Shown here in pieces: positions 23,943 to 38,400 of a stretch of 64,000 nucleotides of DNA. The stretch is taken from NCBI GenBank assembly GCA_001949185.1, contig BDGG01000004.1, positions 4,676,346 through 4,740,345 on the forward strand. The letters are read 5' to 3'. The notes beneath the pieces were generated by a model that saw only the letters and a list, made by a program, of their open reading frames with translations, was not told the DNA's origin and made no database searches. The DNA is from Ramazzottius varieornatus. Taxonomy: Eukaryota; Animalia; Tardigrada. The translations under genes and the position numbers were made by a program. Numbering within the stretch: position 1 is the stretch's first letter; every line of letters starts with the position of its first letter.

Positions 23943-24789
23943 TTGAAGTGAAGAAAGCGAAACCAAATTTGCGAACCGGAGATGGATAAGCCGTTGATAA
24001 GCCGGCGTAGTGCGTACGTGACCAATGACCAGTGACCACACTATTGGAGAATCTGCTCTATGATCAGTATACTTTTATCAGCTCCAGCTGAGCAGCTCCA
24101 ACATCCGGAATCCTCTCTAGTTGAGCCGACCCGAATTGCTGATTCCTACAGCGTTCAACAGAATCAGCACCTCCTGCAGAAACACTCTTACCACAGTAAA
24201 ATGCGTCTCTTTTGCGTCTTTTGCAGGTAACCATATGCGAGTATCAAGACCTGAAGAAGCAAGATGTCCGCATCAATCGAGCAGCGGCAAGCGGAGGGTG
24301 CCGTGAAGATCACCATCAATCGTCTCAGAACTTTGTCAAGGAATCGGGATGAGCTATTCATTGTCCCGTATTATTGGCTGTTTATCGTGGTAGAATGCGC
24401 TACAGCCAAGCCACGGCTATTTGGATAGCGCCGGGAGTAAGCGTGAAGCTGCTGGCGCCTTCCTGTATCATCGCCTGAAGGAGGGATCAGGAAACTGTCG
24501 AATTCGCGTTTGTGGCAAGATGGGGTAAGTTGTTGCTAGTTTATGGCTCTGAACCTCTAATCCATTAGTAACCATCTGGTAGCTCTGATTATCACGTACA
24601 TGTTATAGGTTGGTAGACTATAACGGCTGTTTCAAGGAACGGGGATATTAGAGAGCCGTCCTGTCACATACAGTACGTATCAAACCCTGGCCAGACAAAG
24701 TACGAGTATCCATCTCAGAATTTTTCATTTTGAAATCCGTCACGACTATGCATTGCGGGAGCTGAAACAGACGAGCATGCGAGACGAGG

Positions 24790-25372
24790 TGAAGTTTACA
24801 GTGGAGGGTCTTAGAGAAGTCTAGACTGGACTGAATAATGGTCTACGACTCTCGAAAGATGAGGCTTCATTGCAGCAAAGCTTCCGCGGTTTGTACAGAG
24901 CAGGTATCCGCAGCGATTTCGGCCTGGTGTCGTCCGATGGTATGGAGAAGGCTGTCCACCGCGCCGTCCTGATTGCTCGTTCGCCAGTCTTCGCGGCCAT
25001 GTTCGAGTCGAAATGGAAGGAATGCCAGACAAGACGTTGTGTCATGTAAGGCGTTACTTCTTGAGTGCTGAATGTTCTGCTCGAGCATATGAACGAGTAC
25101 TGCGAGTGCTCGGAAGCCGACCTCACCGAAAAGACAGAAGAGATCCTCGTGGCGGACGATAAGTACCAGCTGGCCGACCTGGTGAAGCAGTGCGGAGGAT
25201 GTCTGATCAGGAAGCCGACTACGTAGAACGTTGTCAACATCCTGGACTTCACCGACGGCATCGCTGTAACTGAACTGAAGAAGGCCGCTTTGAAATTCAT
25301 CAAGGTCATGCAATTCCGCAGCATTGAAGAGCTCGCAAGCCATCAGGAAGCTGTGCGAGAAGGCTTGTCCTG
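24790..25372 (+). pseudogene. SPOP-like BTB/POZ pseudogene
   Basis: SDFGLVSSDGMEKAVHRAVLIARSPVFAAMFESKWKE...VLNVLLEHM...DKYQLADLVKQCGGCL...NVVNILDF...ELKKAALKFI, with in-frame TAA (~25047), TGA (~25062) and TAG (~25224). Confidence 0.85.
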
Positions 25373-25543
25373 AACTGGTTGCCGGTTGTCACATTCTTCC
25401 TTCCTTCCCTCCCGCTTGAGACGTCTTTCGCCCTCTGTGGACCTAACCATATACAATTACTCAACAAAAGGTCTTTCGCTTTGTATGATAATTTTATTTC
25501 GCAGTAAGTAGGCGGGCAAAACAAACATACAAGATTGTTAGCT

Positions 25544-25592
25544 TGAGTGGCGCACTCTTCCCGCCAGTAACGTTGAAGACCTGCGCCCCTTA
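25544..25592. repeat. Palindromic element core, copy 8 (degenerate)
   Basis: TGAGTGGCGCAC-N25-CTGCGCCCCTTA. Confidence 0.7.
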
Positions 25593-26401
25593 AGATAGAC
25601 GATCTTATATATGTCTTTTGGCCACCTATCAGAATATCTTCTTTTTATAAGAGCATTCATGTGTTTCCTGATCGTACAGTTTCTCCCAGTCCTGTGAAGG
25701 TAATGTCTATTCCTACAGGCCTGTTCCTGAGATTTCTCCACGTTGGCTCATCGGTGCCTGCCTTGCGTTCACGTTTCCTAAAAAATGCATGAAAAGTAGC
25801 TTACGCTGTTCGATGTTACTCAAGGCAGAATAGTATGCAAAGACTCGATACTGAAGAGCGCTAAACAAAATCAACAAAAGAGTAAACATAGGAAGATATA
25901 ATATACTCTGAGGAAGAAACATTACGGTCGTCAATCTCAAAAAACACGACAATAATCCAAGCAAAAACAGCGTCCTTAATACTATACCGATCTATCTGGC
26001 TGCTCTTTCTGCACAACATGCGTAACATAAAGGATACAGCAAACATCAAAGTTAACAACGATATTAACTCAATACCTATCGTACAGAGAAGAAAGCGTTT
26101 TGAGCAAAAGGACTCGCTACATTGGCACGGCTTCTTCTGTGCCTTCCATCCGATGGTATTCGAAGAACGAAGCGGGCAGCTGGTCCATCAGCAAGTCTCG
26201 ACAGTTGGCACAAGGCGATCAGAATGTTGGGAGGAAAACGGAGAGAAGACCTAATAACTCGGAAAGCGGAAGTTGAAAGCACTTTGGTCAGACGTATCCA
26301 TCGCTGTGCTGGTGTGGAAGTGGACAAGGCCCGTTGGTATTGTCAAAAAGAAGAATACTGAAAGCGAGATCAGGAACCGACGCACTCGACACCGCGTTGT
26401 A

Positions 26402-29400
26402 TCATAAGTAGACCTTCTTGCTGGGTGCAATGGGTTTACTGTCGGCTGTCGAGATATTCTTCAGGGTGTTGCGTTGCATGTTGAGTACAACGTTGATGGC
26501 CTTGGTGGGTGGATAGTCAGGTCCAGGTGCGTAGATGGGTTCCGAGCGGTAGTCGTTGGGTCGGTTGATGTTCAGGGCGGGTCCGTGTGTGTAGGAATAG
26601 TCCGAGGTCTCGGACAGACTGGACTCTTTGAAGGAGGAGTGACGGTAATGCGACAGCTGGTAACCGATAACGAAACCTGCCACCAGTGACAACAGCAGCG
26701 TGATGACGACCGCCACCGCTAGAGTCTCTTCTTTGTAGACGTGACCAGTGTCCACGTTGGAAGTCTGATATTCTGGCACTGTGAAAAGAAGAACCCGTTA
26801 GTCCCCATGCGTTTCCGCTGATCAAACCTACTCGTTATCGGTAAGAGTTATGGAAGGGTAGGAAGAAGTCATGCCAGGTCGAAGGAAAGAGGCTTTACAG
26901 AGGGCCGAGCTCACCTTGGTTGTCGACTTCCGTCCTTTGACGGACATGCCTTATTTCAGTGTCAGCTAAAAGGAAAAAGGAAGAGAAACCCATCAGAACC
27001 AAGTACTGGCACAACAACTAAAGTAGTTCCCTGGTGCAGAATTATGTTAGTCAAAGCTTATGGTAAGCCAGTGGAGTAACACACATACACATACAGAAAA
27101 CCAGCACCGGAGTGAAAGGAGAGAGCCACCTGACATGCAGGACAAGCTTGTTCAGAACGGGCTACAATGAGCTTTCTAGCCGTGGCGACAAAAGCACAGC
27201 TAACAGTTTTCAAAAGCGAGCCATGCAGGACATTCGGCAAGGGACAGAAAATTAGCAGCCAGAATAGCGTTCTACTGCTGGGCGCTTACCGTAGTTGGAT
27301 ATGGGAGGAAATGACGAAGTGGAGTCTAGTTCCATGCAACGGTTGTCCTGGCCAAGACGGACATTCTGGACGACATCGTTGGTCTTCATGAAAATGGCGT
27401 TTCTGTAACATCAAACGGTGCTCGTTATGAGAAATGTCCCGGCTTGTTAAGCATACAAGGTGGTTACCTTATGGTCGGGTCCTGGAACTGGCACTGGTTG
27501 TTGAACCAAGCGCAATGGGGATCGCGGAGCGCGACACACTCTCGACATGAGCGAGCCAGGTGACAGCGTTCAATGGGCAGTGCATGGACTTCGCTATTGT
27601 ACACCACCAGCAGCTGGTTACCCGCCACTTGCAACTTGCGGACCGCTTGGCGGTTGCTTTTCAAGACATCAATCTCCTCAACTACCACCGGTTCCTCAGT
27701 GGGACCGATACTGAAGGCCTTCAGGACCTTACCATCGTCGGTCCCGATATACAGGATATCGTAGACCTGGTCATCGACAGCCTTGACTTGCGGGGCTACT
27801 GCAATGGCCGAATAGCGGTACTGGATGCTGGTGTGGACCACCACCGGGCGATTGTTAACGGGCACGACGGGATCGCTCATGGTGGTATGCGACGACATGA
27901 AACTAAGGACTTGCGTAGGCAGGGACTTGGTGTCGTCGACGCACGAACCGGGACGTGGCTCGGGAACGGGGACAGTGGACACTTCCTGGCCGTTGCTGGC
28001 CATAAAACTACTGACAGCGAAAGCTCGATTGATGTCGGCGAAATCGTACAGGCAGACGGCGGAACCGTAGATGCTGTTGTCGGCGGTGGTGAAGAGACCG
28101 TAGAGCAGCTGCCGCCCGCCCACTTGGAAGACTTCGGAAATGGCCCGAACCTCGTCAAAGAAGAAGAGATTGTCCCCAGTCTGCCCAGGTATGGCGCACT
28201 GCAGGCGGGCCTTGAGGTAGGTTGTCAGCCACTTGCTCTCTTGTCCTCCACGGTCACTGCGACAGATGCGAGCCACACGAGAGATGCGTGGCTTTTGGAA
28301 CTCAGTAGGTACAGGAAGCCGACCGGTCTCCTCTTCGCGGAAGAAGGTAAAGACGTGGGGACCCAATGGTACCATATCCACAAACTGGGGCGCTGCAACA
28401 AGCACGATCATGCAGCTTTGATATATGGTTTGCCAAGTTCGGGTAGTTACGTACCGTTGAAGATGTTAACCCTGTACATGTCAGGGGTGGTGCGGTAGTC
28501 GGTGCCGTTGACGTTCTTGATGATGACAGGGTCTTTCAGCTGACCATTGCTTTGCTTGGCGAACAAGGCCACATACAGCTCCCCATCGATGGACGTATAG
28601 CTAGTGTTCACACGGGGAGACGAGGCCACCAAATGTTTGGCATCTGAAGAAGGCTTCTCCACTTCCATCGTCCCTTCTTCATTCTGACGATAAGTGCGGC
28701 ACAGTGGTTCCAACGAGTGCGTCCCACAAACCAGAGTGTGTCCTCCAGCCGTCTTTACCGCCATCGTGATGAAATTGTCGCACTGCAAAAAGAGAAGAGA
28801 GAACCCACATTAGCCAACGAGGTATTTGACATATATCGCGAAGACCCCGAAGAGCTTGGTTTCATGCTGTGCCCAATCAGACTCTCTTGATTATATATTC
28901 ACCAGCCCTGAACAAATTTCGATGTATCTCAAGTGGAAGCGATCTGCCCTGCATTTATCATTTATGTACCGGGGCATGAATAGCCAAGTGACTTCCGTCG
29001 TGTTGTATAGCTGACTAATCTATTTCGTCAGTAGGCCAAACACATTTCACAAATTCATTTCTCCCCTGACTGTCTTCCTACAGTGGTACAAATTGATAAA
29101 GGATCCGCAGCGATGAGGATGGCAGTGGAGGGGAATGACCCGCGGGATTCATTCTTTTCAGCCATCGCCCAACTTTATTTTGTTGAAGACGCCCTGAGGG
29201 TACTCTGCATACTTCCCAATAACTGTATCCAACTCATTGTCCATCGATCCAACGACAGAGGAAATCGGACGTGGACAAATGAACTGAGCCAAATCGCTTT
29301 CTCAAGTGGCGCACGTTCATAGTGTTGTTGGCTGAGCGTGTGCGCCACTCGGGGAGACGATGTGGTTCAGTTCCTTTCCCCACGTCCCAAACGACTAACT

Positions 29401-32400
29401 CAAACATTTAGCTACCAAACACGGCGCTTAAAACTTTGCCCCTTCTCCATAATCCGATTTGTACTGGACATTTAAGCGGATCCTCTTTCCATAAACACTG
29501 ATCGAGCAGAGTGTTTACGGCAAGCGACTCTTATACTTACTTCGCTCTGAGATCTTTTGAAGCACTTTTGCAGGGCATCTTCCGACGAGTTCCAGACCAG
29601 TTTCTGCAAAGACAGGAAAGAAAAGCTTCATTAATCACCAAGTACAGAGACGATTTTAAAAGTGCTTGGCTTCAACTATGCAGACTTCATTTTGAGCCAT
29701 ATTTGGAATGAGGCGCATTTGGTCAGTCATTACTAGTGGGGATCAGCGCTGTCAGCACGCATGGCCAGAAATGATAGATGCAGCTAAACTTTACAGTCCC
29801 TCTCCCATGCAACCATAGCCTTCAGTTTAACGACCCTTTTAGTCATCCCCAGATTTAATTATGATAAAAATACCACCAGGATACAATCTTGGCTGTGTTG
29901 TCCTTTCTGGTGAGCACAAACAACAGTAAAGTGAGCCGGGACTCTCTTCCCCTTCCCATCCAAGCCGAACTCAAGGTCCCAACGGAAATCACACGCTTGG
30001 TCTACTAATTATTCTTCCCAAATCTTGACCAATTATATGGACCGTGGATAAATGAGTCGCTCTAGGCTTGCTGTGTATCCATCAAAACACGGTTGACCTC
30101 GATGTAATACTCATCTTCCTCCTCCTGCCTCATCTGTTCGTTCGTTCTAACTATGTAAAACCTTGCATAGAAAATATCCCTTATATAAATTAACAAATTA
30201 GTTCTGGCGGGATGAACGCGGTGGTACATCCCAGATGATTGCTAGGTCCACCGCATGAAAATCGGCGATTTCGTATGGATGGATATCGATAATGGCCCAT
30301 AAAACGGGAATTTCTCATGGAATTGCATTTTATCGGCGTTGAGTAATGTTTTAGGGGCATTATGACCAGTTGGTGTTTTGTCAGGTGCTGCTGGTTATAT
30401 ATCCAAACAAGAGACTATGTGCGTAATGTCAATAGTCAGTGGTGGATATGCATAAGCGCCAGCGCACACCTTGCTAATCCAGGAAAACCATCGGGGCTGT
30501 TTTGTCGGCGCAGATCATATAGACAAAGCCATAATACCGGCGATTGCGGCCTTTGTGCCCTGTTATGCTTTACAGCGTCGGCGCTGGTCAGTCTGACGTC
30601 AAAGTGTGGTCATATGAGGCATAAAAGAGCTTGAAAGGCTCAGAGACCGGTTAGGCCTTTCAAGGTAAGCTTCAACCTTCATTTTATAATGTTTCCCCAC
30701 CTTCACAAGCTTCATAGCAGATCTAGCCTTATCGTATGTCAACAAGATTCACTTTGCGCGCTTTGCAACCCCCAATGTATGCTGATCCCACGTTGTGTTG
30801 ACTGACAAGTGCCAGCCACAACTTGCTGACAAACACAAAGCAAGAGGGAAAGGTGGCGCTTCAACTCCTTACCTTGACTTCTTTCAGCTCGGGCAGACTC
30901 AGGTTGTAGATGGCATTCCTGTAAGAAGAGAGAAAAAGTAATATGGTAGACTTGCCTTGTCAACACCGTCACGTACAATATTTCAATCATCAACATTCTT
31001 CCGCTCGACCAAGCATCCGCGTCAGTCTGGACGCCTGGCCTAACGCTAGGGCTAACGTCTAATTAGAGGCGAAAGCGGTGCCGACAAACAAGATGGACCT
31101 CGTCTACACTTTGCAGGTCATCAGCGAGAGACCGATAGCGGAGCTTGCTATCATAAGCCGCCCCTGATCCCGCCTAATTGGGCAGTGTATTATGCAGCTT
31201 AATCGTCGATTAAACTGAGGCGATAAATATATTGCCGGCAGAATTATCGACGCTGAAATTAGCTGTTCAAAGTCAGCCCCTTTTGAATAAATTAGGGAGC
31301 TTGGCAAATGAGCTGAACCAGAACACCATCTCAAGCGGCGCACATTTGCAGTGTTGTTGGCTGGAAGCGTGCGCCACTTGAGACAGCGATCTGGTTCTGT
31401 TCGTTTCTCCCAAGTTACACAGCGACTTGATTGGTAGTCCATTTGCAGACAGTCTTCCGCTTCCGCTTAGCGGGAAGACTTCCTCGAGGCCCCATGTGGC
31501 TCGGTGCGGCACCCTTGAAAGCATGGATGGTACTCACCGTGCGCCAATCAGGACCGAATGCTCGTCACGATTCAGTAATCGGAAGTAATCGGGCGACGAT
31601 ACTGTCGATGTTGGCGTCGTGAAGCGCGACGATAACCGCCGGTAGTCGTCTGCAGCAACAACACATATTGATTAATTCATATTCGGCAAACACTTGACGT
31701 GAAACTGAGCCCAGCTTGTGTTGTTGATTTGGTCACACAAGAACGAATCTCTATGAGACTAGTTGTAAAATCTCTTATTTTTATGGGAATATCAATATCG
31801 CGTCCATCTGGTCGGTCAATTTTGAGAAGCGGGTTTGAGCGTGCGTGCCTATCACGTCTCTAATAATGGGATGTAGGTAAAACTGACCCAACAGCACTTT
31901 TAAGGATGCTCATCAGGATGCGAGCAGTTATTACGGAGCTTACGCAGCAGTGGAGATAGTCGATCGAACGAGAATTACGATGCGGAACGGGGCTCAACGA
32001 GCCCAACAGATGTGTCTGCATGCTCTTCCTTTCATCCAGCCAATTATCCAAGCTTCCTCCCGTCCTACATATTCATTCGAACGTCCATAATACCCAAGGA
32101 CCCTTCGTCTGTTTTTCAAATTCCACCAAAGCATTTCGAATATTGCACAATGTTAACAAGGGCGTGTAGGGAGGGCGCCACCTGTGCCTCCAACTGGTTT
32201 CTTGCTTTGTTCTCCTGGTATGAATCAAGGGAAAATAACAAGCCACATGTTTCTTTGATCTGGAATTCTACAATATGCGGAGCGGGGAATGAAGTGTACC
32301 CTTGAGATTTTATTGTTTCATTTCTGGTCGAGATGTGACAAACAGCCTTCAGCTGTACGGCCCATAAAGCTCAAGTACCAGTCATAACCGCTCGCCGTTT

Positions 32401-35400
32401 GGTACCGGTACCAACCAAGCACAGATGGACACATTGCTTCAAGCCTTCATTTTCCTAATTTCCATCCTGCGTCTTCTTCTTCTGCTACGCTACCAGCAAT
32501 GCAAAGACGATCAAAACGTCGTGTCTCTCGACGGACAAGAAAGGCAGAACGGAGGCTACAGCTACAACATTAGGCGATGTGAGCCGGGTCGCCCCTCAGG
32601 GCATCATTTCCGGGTCTTTGGCTCGTTGTGTAAACTTTGCAACCGAACAATTTGTAGGCTCTAAACGAGAACGAGCGTAAAAGATTCTGCGCAAGAAATG
32701 CTCGACATTGGCCATAATTATGTCTGATGGAATTTGTGATGGGCGTTTAGGCCATTCTTTGCCGTTCACACCAGCCCAATGATATGGACGTCAAAGACCT
32801 CAAATTCAATCACGACTTTTCCTTGCAGCGTGCTTTCGTTCAGAAAGACGAGCACAAGCGTGCTCACTCAAACATTCTCCTCTTCTCAAAACTGTGATTC
32901 CAAACAAACTGGCGCATCAAGCCAACTTGTTGTCGGGAAATATTAAATGTAGGATGACGTGTAAACATTGAAACAATTTGCGCACTGCTGCTCCTTGTCT
33001 ATATAAGCCAGCAAGCTGTATGCAAGGTTAGTCAAGCCTGGCGACGGACTAGGGAGAGATCAAGCATGTAAGATCAGCAGCCAACCTTCACCTATGGAGC
33101 TAGCTGGCTGTGGCCACAGAGGTGTAAGAATTATGACCAAGACACTGGCAAAAAAGTCGCGAGAACAAGCCGCCACTATGACAGGGTGGCTTTGACTTTT
33201 GATATACGATCGTCGACGTCGAGCGAGACACAGAGAACAGCCCCCTTGGTCACGCTCAAAAACAAGCTTCTAATCGTTTGCATGTGGAAGAGAAAACTCT
33301 TTCTCAAATCTTACGCTTCATTTGACGGCAAGCATGGCGTATGCAGCAGCTAACTATAGCCTTTAAAGTGTCCTTGCAACTCTTCCGTTCTCACCATATT
33401 TCACATATGCACTCTAGCCAACTTTCTCACCGTTCGCAGACAGACACAATGACCTATCAATATCCACCCCAACAATAACCGTGGCATATCAGACTTCTTC
33501 GGTATATTCGCCTACATTGAGGCGACAAGGCAATCGATAGTGGCTTAAATCTTCATCTAGTCCACATCTGCGCATTTCCGCTCTTTAGGTATACAGGTCA
33601 CAGTCTGGTTCAAGAGGATGACCAACTTAGATGAAGGGGAAATTTCATCATGTCTCTAGCTGGAATCTATGTTCCGTCCATCTTGGTCACTCATCGCGAT
33701 ATCACTGGAAAGACAGTCCCTTACTAGGTTCCTCCTCTTGGGCACACATCACACGGTGAAAGGTTGGATCCATCACCATTAGGCGTGTGGATCTGTTCAA
33801 CACGAAAAGGAGGACAAGTCGTTGACAGACGTTGACCACTGTCTCGCACTACTTCCGTTCCTTCTCCTCCCTCATTCAGCGAGTCGAGCGAAGACCGGAG
33901 GAAAAAATTCCCGGCTGTCTCTGGAGCACGTAAGGGAAAGGTGGCACGCGCCGTCACGTCACTCACTCCAAGCAGGCACTTGATCGAGGTCCGCGCGGCC
34001 TCATCGACGACCCAAGAGCCGGCTTTGTAATGTAGGAACAACTTAGCGATGTATGTATTGGCAATAAGGTCTTTAGTTGAAACAAAAAAGCCACGTCTTG
34101 ACCGCATTCCTCGCCCGTCCTTCACAACATCTCGATGGGTTCTCCACACTGTTCAGCAACCACCATCTCCCATCATTCACCGCATACCGCCGTGAAGGAC
34201 CCCATTTCTTGTCCGTTCTGTACAGTCTAGCCTGTAGTGCAGATTGCCTTTCAACTTTAAAGCCACTTCTTCTCCTCTTTCCTACATTGCCCCGTCTAAT
34301 CATTCACTCATTACACAACACCCGACTATCCTTTGTATATACACACCAACCAAATTAACTCGTTATGCAATTTGTCGCTTTAAAATGGCCTTCTGAAACA
34401 CTATCGACAACAAAGCGCCGAGCAGTAGCTTTGTATACAAAGCGTCGTTTTCTCACAGTCTTCCACGCTGGAGGTTATCCATAAACAAGCCAAGTTTAAT
34501 TCATAGTCACGAAGCCCTCAAACATTTGGCCCTAGCACCCGAATAGACTATTTCTCAGTTAGGTCCCTGCAACAATCTTGAGAGCAGAGATGATTGAGTT
34601 AAATTACTGGCCAAAGGATGATTGACGATTGATGTGTGGTTATTGCGGTTTACATATTTTGCCTGATTACACTATAGTATGTAGGACAGCCAGTCAATGA
34701 TGGAAGAAAAGAAGATTTAAACATTCGATTAGCTTTGGCAATTTCCCACCATAAATATTGTAGATGCCCTCCATTCCATATCACCACAGACCTATCTACT
34801 GGTCCACTGTCGTTTCCTCATCACGATCATCGTAAAGATGATTACGTTGCATATGAGCTAGGAGTGGCTAGTCCATCTCGTTTGGCCATATCAGCACAGC
34901 GAGGCTTATCTGTCCGTGCAAACGAACCCTTGTGGAAAGAAAGAAAAGTAGAGCGGACATCGATAAAGCTAGGCAAAAACGTTGTGGGGCGATATGATAT
35001 TGCTCAAGCCCCTTGTTTGCGTTGGCCAAATGGCCCATCGACTGCTGACACCAGCTCAAAAATCCCTCTGTAGGTAAAGTGAAACATTTGCACAAGAGGG
35101 CTCCTCTCATAAGCACCCAAGAGTCCGCCAGAGTGGAAGATATGGCCCAAGAGCCATACAGCACAGTTTCGGCGACCCAGGAAGTGGACTGGTCAAGCGG
35201 ACATATAAGACAATCGACAGCCCGGGCAGACACCTCTTGAAGATGGCCCAACAGCTTAAAGGCGTCCAATTACCCAAGCTCTCCATTACCGCATAACGGC
35301 GTCTCGCATATTCATAAATCTTGTTGTTTGTCTAGCGATGAGAGTACCCGCTCCTCTAATCTGCAAAGTGCTCACTCCGGCCATCTTTCTTGTTCCCCTC

Positions 35401-38400
35401 TCGCAAAGCATAACCATCAACATAAGACCAAACATCAGCAAGAACTTTGCGCAGCATCAGCTGGGTCGAAACCCTCCCTGTAGGTCTCCTTTAACTTGAC
35501 TAACTTACTCCTTCGGACAAAGTGCAAATGCAGGAAGAGCAGCTGGGCTTGTTGAACAGTCTTCCATGTCAAGAGACGGGTATTCTAAAGACTGACAGAC
35601 GGCGGTTTCAACAGTCTTATAGTTTTACTTGAGCTTTGTCACAATAAAAGCCATTCACGTTGCAATCGGACCATCAGAGCCGTTTCCAATCATACAGAAG
35701 CCATGTGCGCTTATGCATCTTTTATGTTTGCAGCCGTTTCTAGTTTAGAGCTGGTGACGGAATGGCTTCCATTCCTTCCTTCCCTCCAACAAACGACCCG
35801 CTCGCAGTCATCGTGCAGTCTAATTTCCCCCAGAAGGACTAGTAAAGACTTGCGCAGCTGTCGGCTTTTAACGATTTTACAACACTAAACTGTAGCCATT
35901 ATTTCTCGGCACATATCGTTAAAGTGCTCTGTAGGTCCACAAGGAAGAAGGATATTAACTGCCGCTACTACTTGCAATTGTCACAGTTGATTGTCCAGTT
36001 CATGTCGACCAGAAGATGGTCCCGCTCGTTAAAATATTCCGAAGGGAAGCGCCACTGTGATTGCCTCTTTGTCCAGATTTCCAGCTGAAGCCGATCCAAC
36101 GGTCAAGTAGCTACACACTAGCCTACTTTTCCTCCATATCCTCATGCGACAAAATGAAAAGATTATACCATCTTTTGACGGTTGAGATGAGCTCGATGCG
36201 GAAAGAAAAGTGAGTCAAGCTCAAAACTTGATTTTCGAAAGCGGAAGCGGCAAACAGGAAATTAAGCCTGCTAAAAAGACACTTTCTTTCCCATATGAGA
36301 AGCCTCAAGATCTGGGCAGCCTCTAGAGAGTATATCACATCGTATTCGTTATCCCCCTGAGACGAAAAACATGCAGAGTGAAGCTTCGGCGTCGACGAGG
36401 GGGAAGAAGTGCTACGTCTGTCCAGTGACTCCAGTCCCGACCACAGCGTAATTAGCGATGGCAGCCTGCAAATCTTTGCCCAATATTTGAGGATACACTG
36501 GGGCACATGTACAGGAGTCGTCCTTCAGTTTTCAGCGAAATTTTCATCTTGATGGATGACTGTCTCTTCTTTTGACGTGCTTGCAGCTGTACTGCAAGTC
36601 GCCCTCATGAGATTTCAACATACACCGCGAAAAGATAGCCATGGTTAACTAGTCAAAGAGCTACCGCAATATCGCAACCAGGAAGGAGGCAAAAAAGAGA
36701 AGCGATGGATCATTTTGTGTGTTAGAGTACGTGACAAGGTAATGTCGGCTCGGCGCCACAACAGTCGTTTATCTCTCCGCATACTCTATTATGCCCTGAC
36801 ATTTTTCGCTACTTTGGCTGTCGCATCCATCTATCCCTCAAAAAGCTTCTTGACGTATCACATCAGAATGAAGAAAGTCCCCTGAGAGGATCACAAGGCT
36901 TTTCCCCCTGTGTTTGCTTGCGTCAAATGGGACATGGGCAAATCGTTCTCCCAAGTGGCGCACACTTTCAACTGACAACACTGGAAACGTGCGCCACTTA
37001 AGGCGACGCTGTGGCTCAGTACATCCGCCTACGTTGCAAATATTCAGCGGGGAGGTAAAAAACCAGCCGAGTGCTTTTCAACGTCCAATTTGAATAATAC
37101 TCATCAGGCGGCAATATAGCTCCAGCTACATTGCCATCCTTCTCCTTGTGCTTGTTTACGGTCACGGAGTCATCACAGCCATCCAACACAGCCATATTGC
37201 TCATTTCCTGCTGATATGGCATTCATCAACCTAGACTTTTATTTTTTTTCCCGTGTGATATGCCAACGTCAAAAATATGCACCGACAGGGCTCGCATCGG
37301 CACACATTTTGCAAGTTATTATGCAGCTCGTAAGGAAAAGCTAAGCCACAACGTCAACAAATAGCACAGCTCAATTCCATATAAGACTCCTTCGCAGTGG
37401 GGAACGCCCTTTGGCAGCACGTCCTATGTTGTATTTTGTAATGCTGCGCATGGACGACCGACCTTGGTGTTTTTCGATACATTAGAATGCGCAACGTAAT
37501 GAAGGTATGCTGACAATGTCTAACAATGGGAATATGACTATAGTGTACTCAAAGCACACATCACGTCATCCATCAGGGTAGAATGTTGGTTACACGGAAT
37601 GACAAATCAGTTAAACGAACGAAGCACTACCAGTTTAAGACTTGTCATAACTTGCCTGTAGAATTCATATCGCGATCGGCTCACCTTACTCGACAAAAAC
37701 AATATCTTTCGCGTCCGTCAACAGAGTGAACCGGCAATTAGTTCGCTGGTTTGTTACAGGACAGTTTACAGAAACACATGGAGCCGCAAACTGTTCGCCA
37801 CATTTGCATTCACATAAATTTGTGGCCTATCGAGAACTTGACGCCTTCCTTGACGACATGTGCCGGCCGAAGTTCCACTTGCATTTCATCAGTGTACGAC
37901 CTTTTGTTAGCCGCATTGCATAGACGTTTAGAACTGCCAGATTAATTGCTGAATATCTTGATCAAGGAAAGAAAGCCTTAAGTTTAAGCCGAGCGAGTGC
38001 CACTTCCGGTGTTGAGAGACTACCCTATATATTGTTTCGCAGCGTTCTCGGCTGACGATTACGCACGTAACGGCGTAGTTTTTTCTCACGATCGCCTTCA
38101 AAAGCGTCTTTATAGTTTATGTTGGAGAAGCTGGCTGATCCGCGAAAGAGAGCTTGAGCTAATACGGCGGATTTGTCCATCGACGTCGCTCGCGTCTTTG
38201 GCCATAAAGCAGACAAACTAACATTGTGTGAAACAACGACGCGCGCGATGCTCAAACATCAACGCCAGTGTTTTCCACCGTCGTGTCCGAATCTCTTCTT
38301 TCTTGACGGTATCATACAAGCTCTGAAATGCCACGGTGGTAGAAGCGATTATGAAGAAGGCCAAATGACCGCACTTCACCCTTCCATCTTTCCATATCGC

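Noticed and set aside
25047-25226. Stop-codon reassignment in the BTB sequence
   Set aside because: All three stop types occur and neighbouring genes use standard stops, so pseudogenisation is simpler.
27560-28498. 312-aa plus-strand ORF
   Set aside because: Antisense shadow of the large semaphorin exon, with no recognisable motifs.
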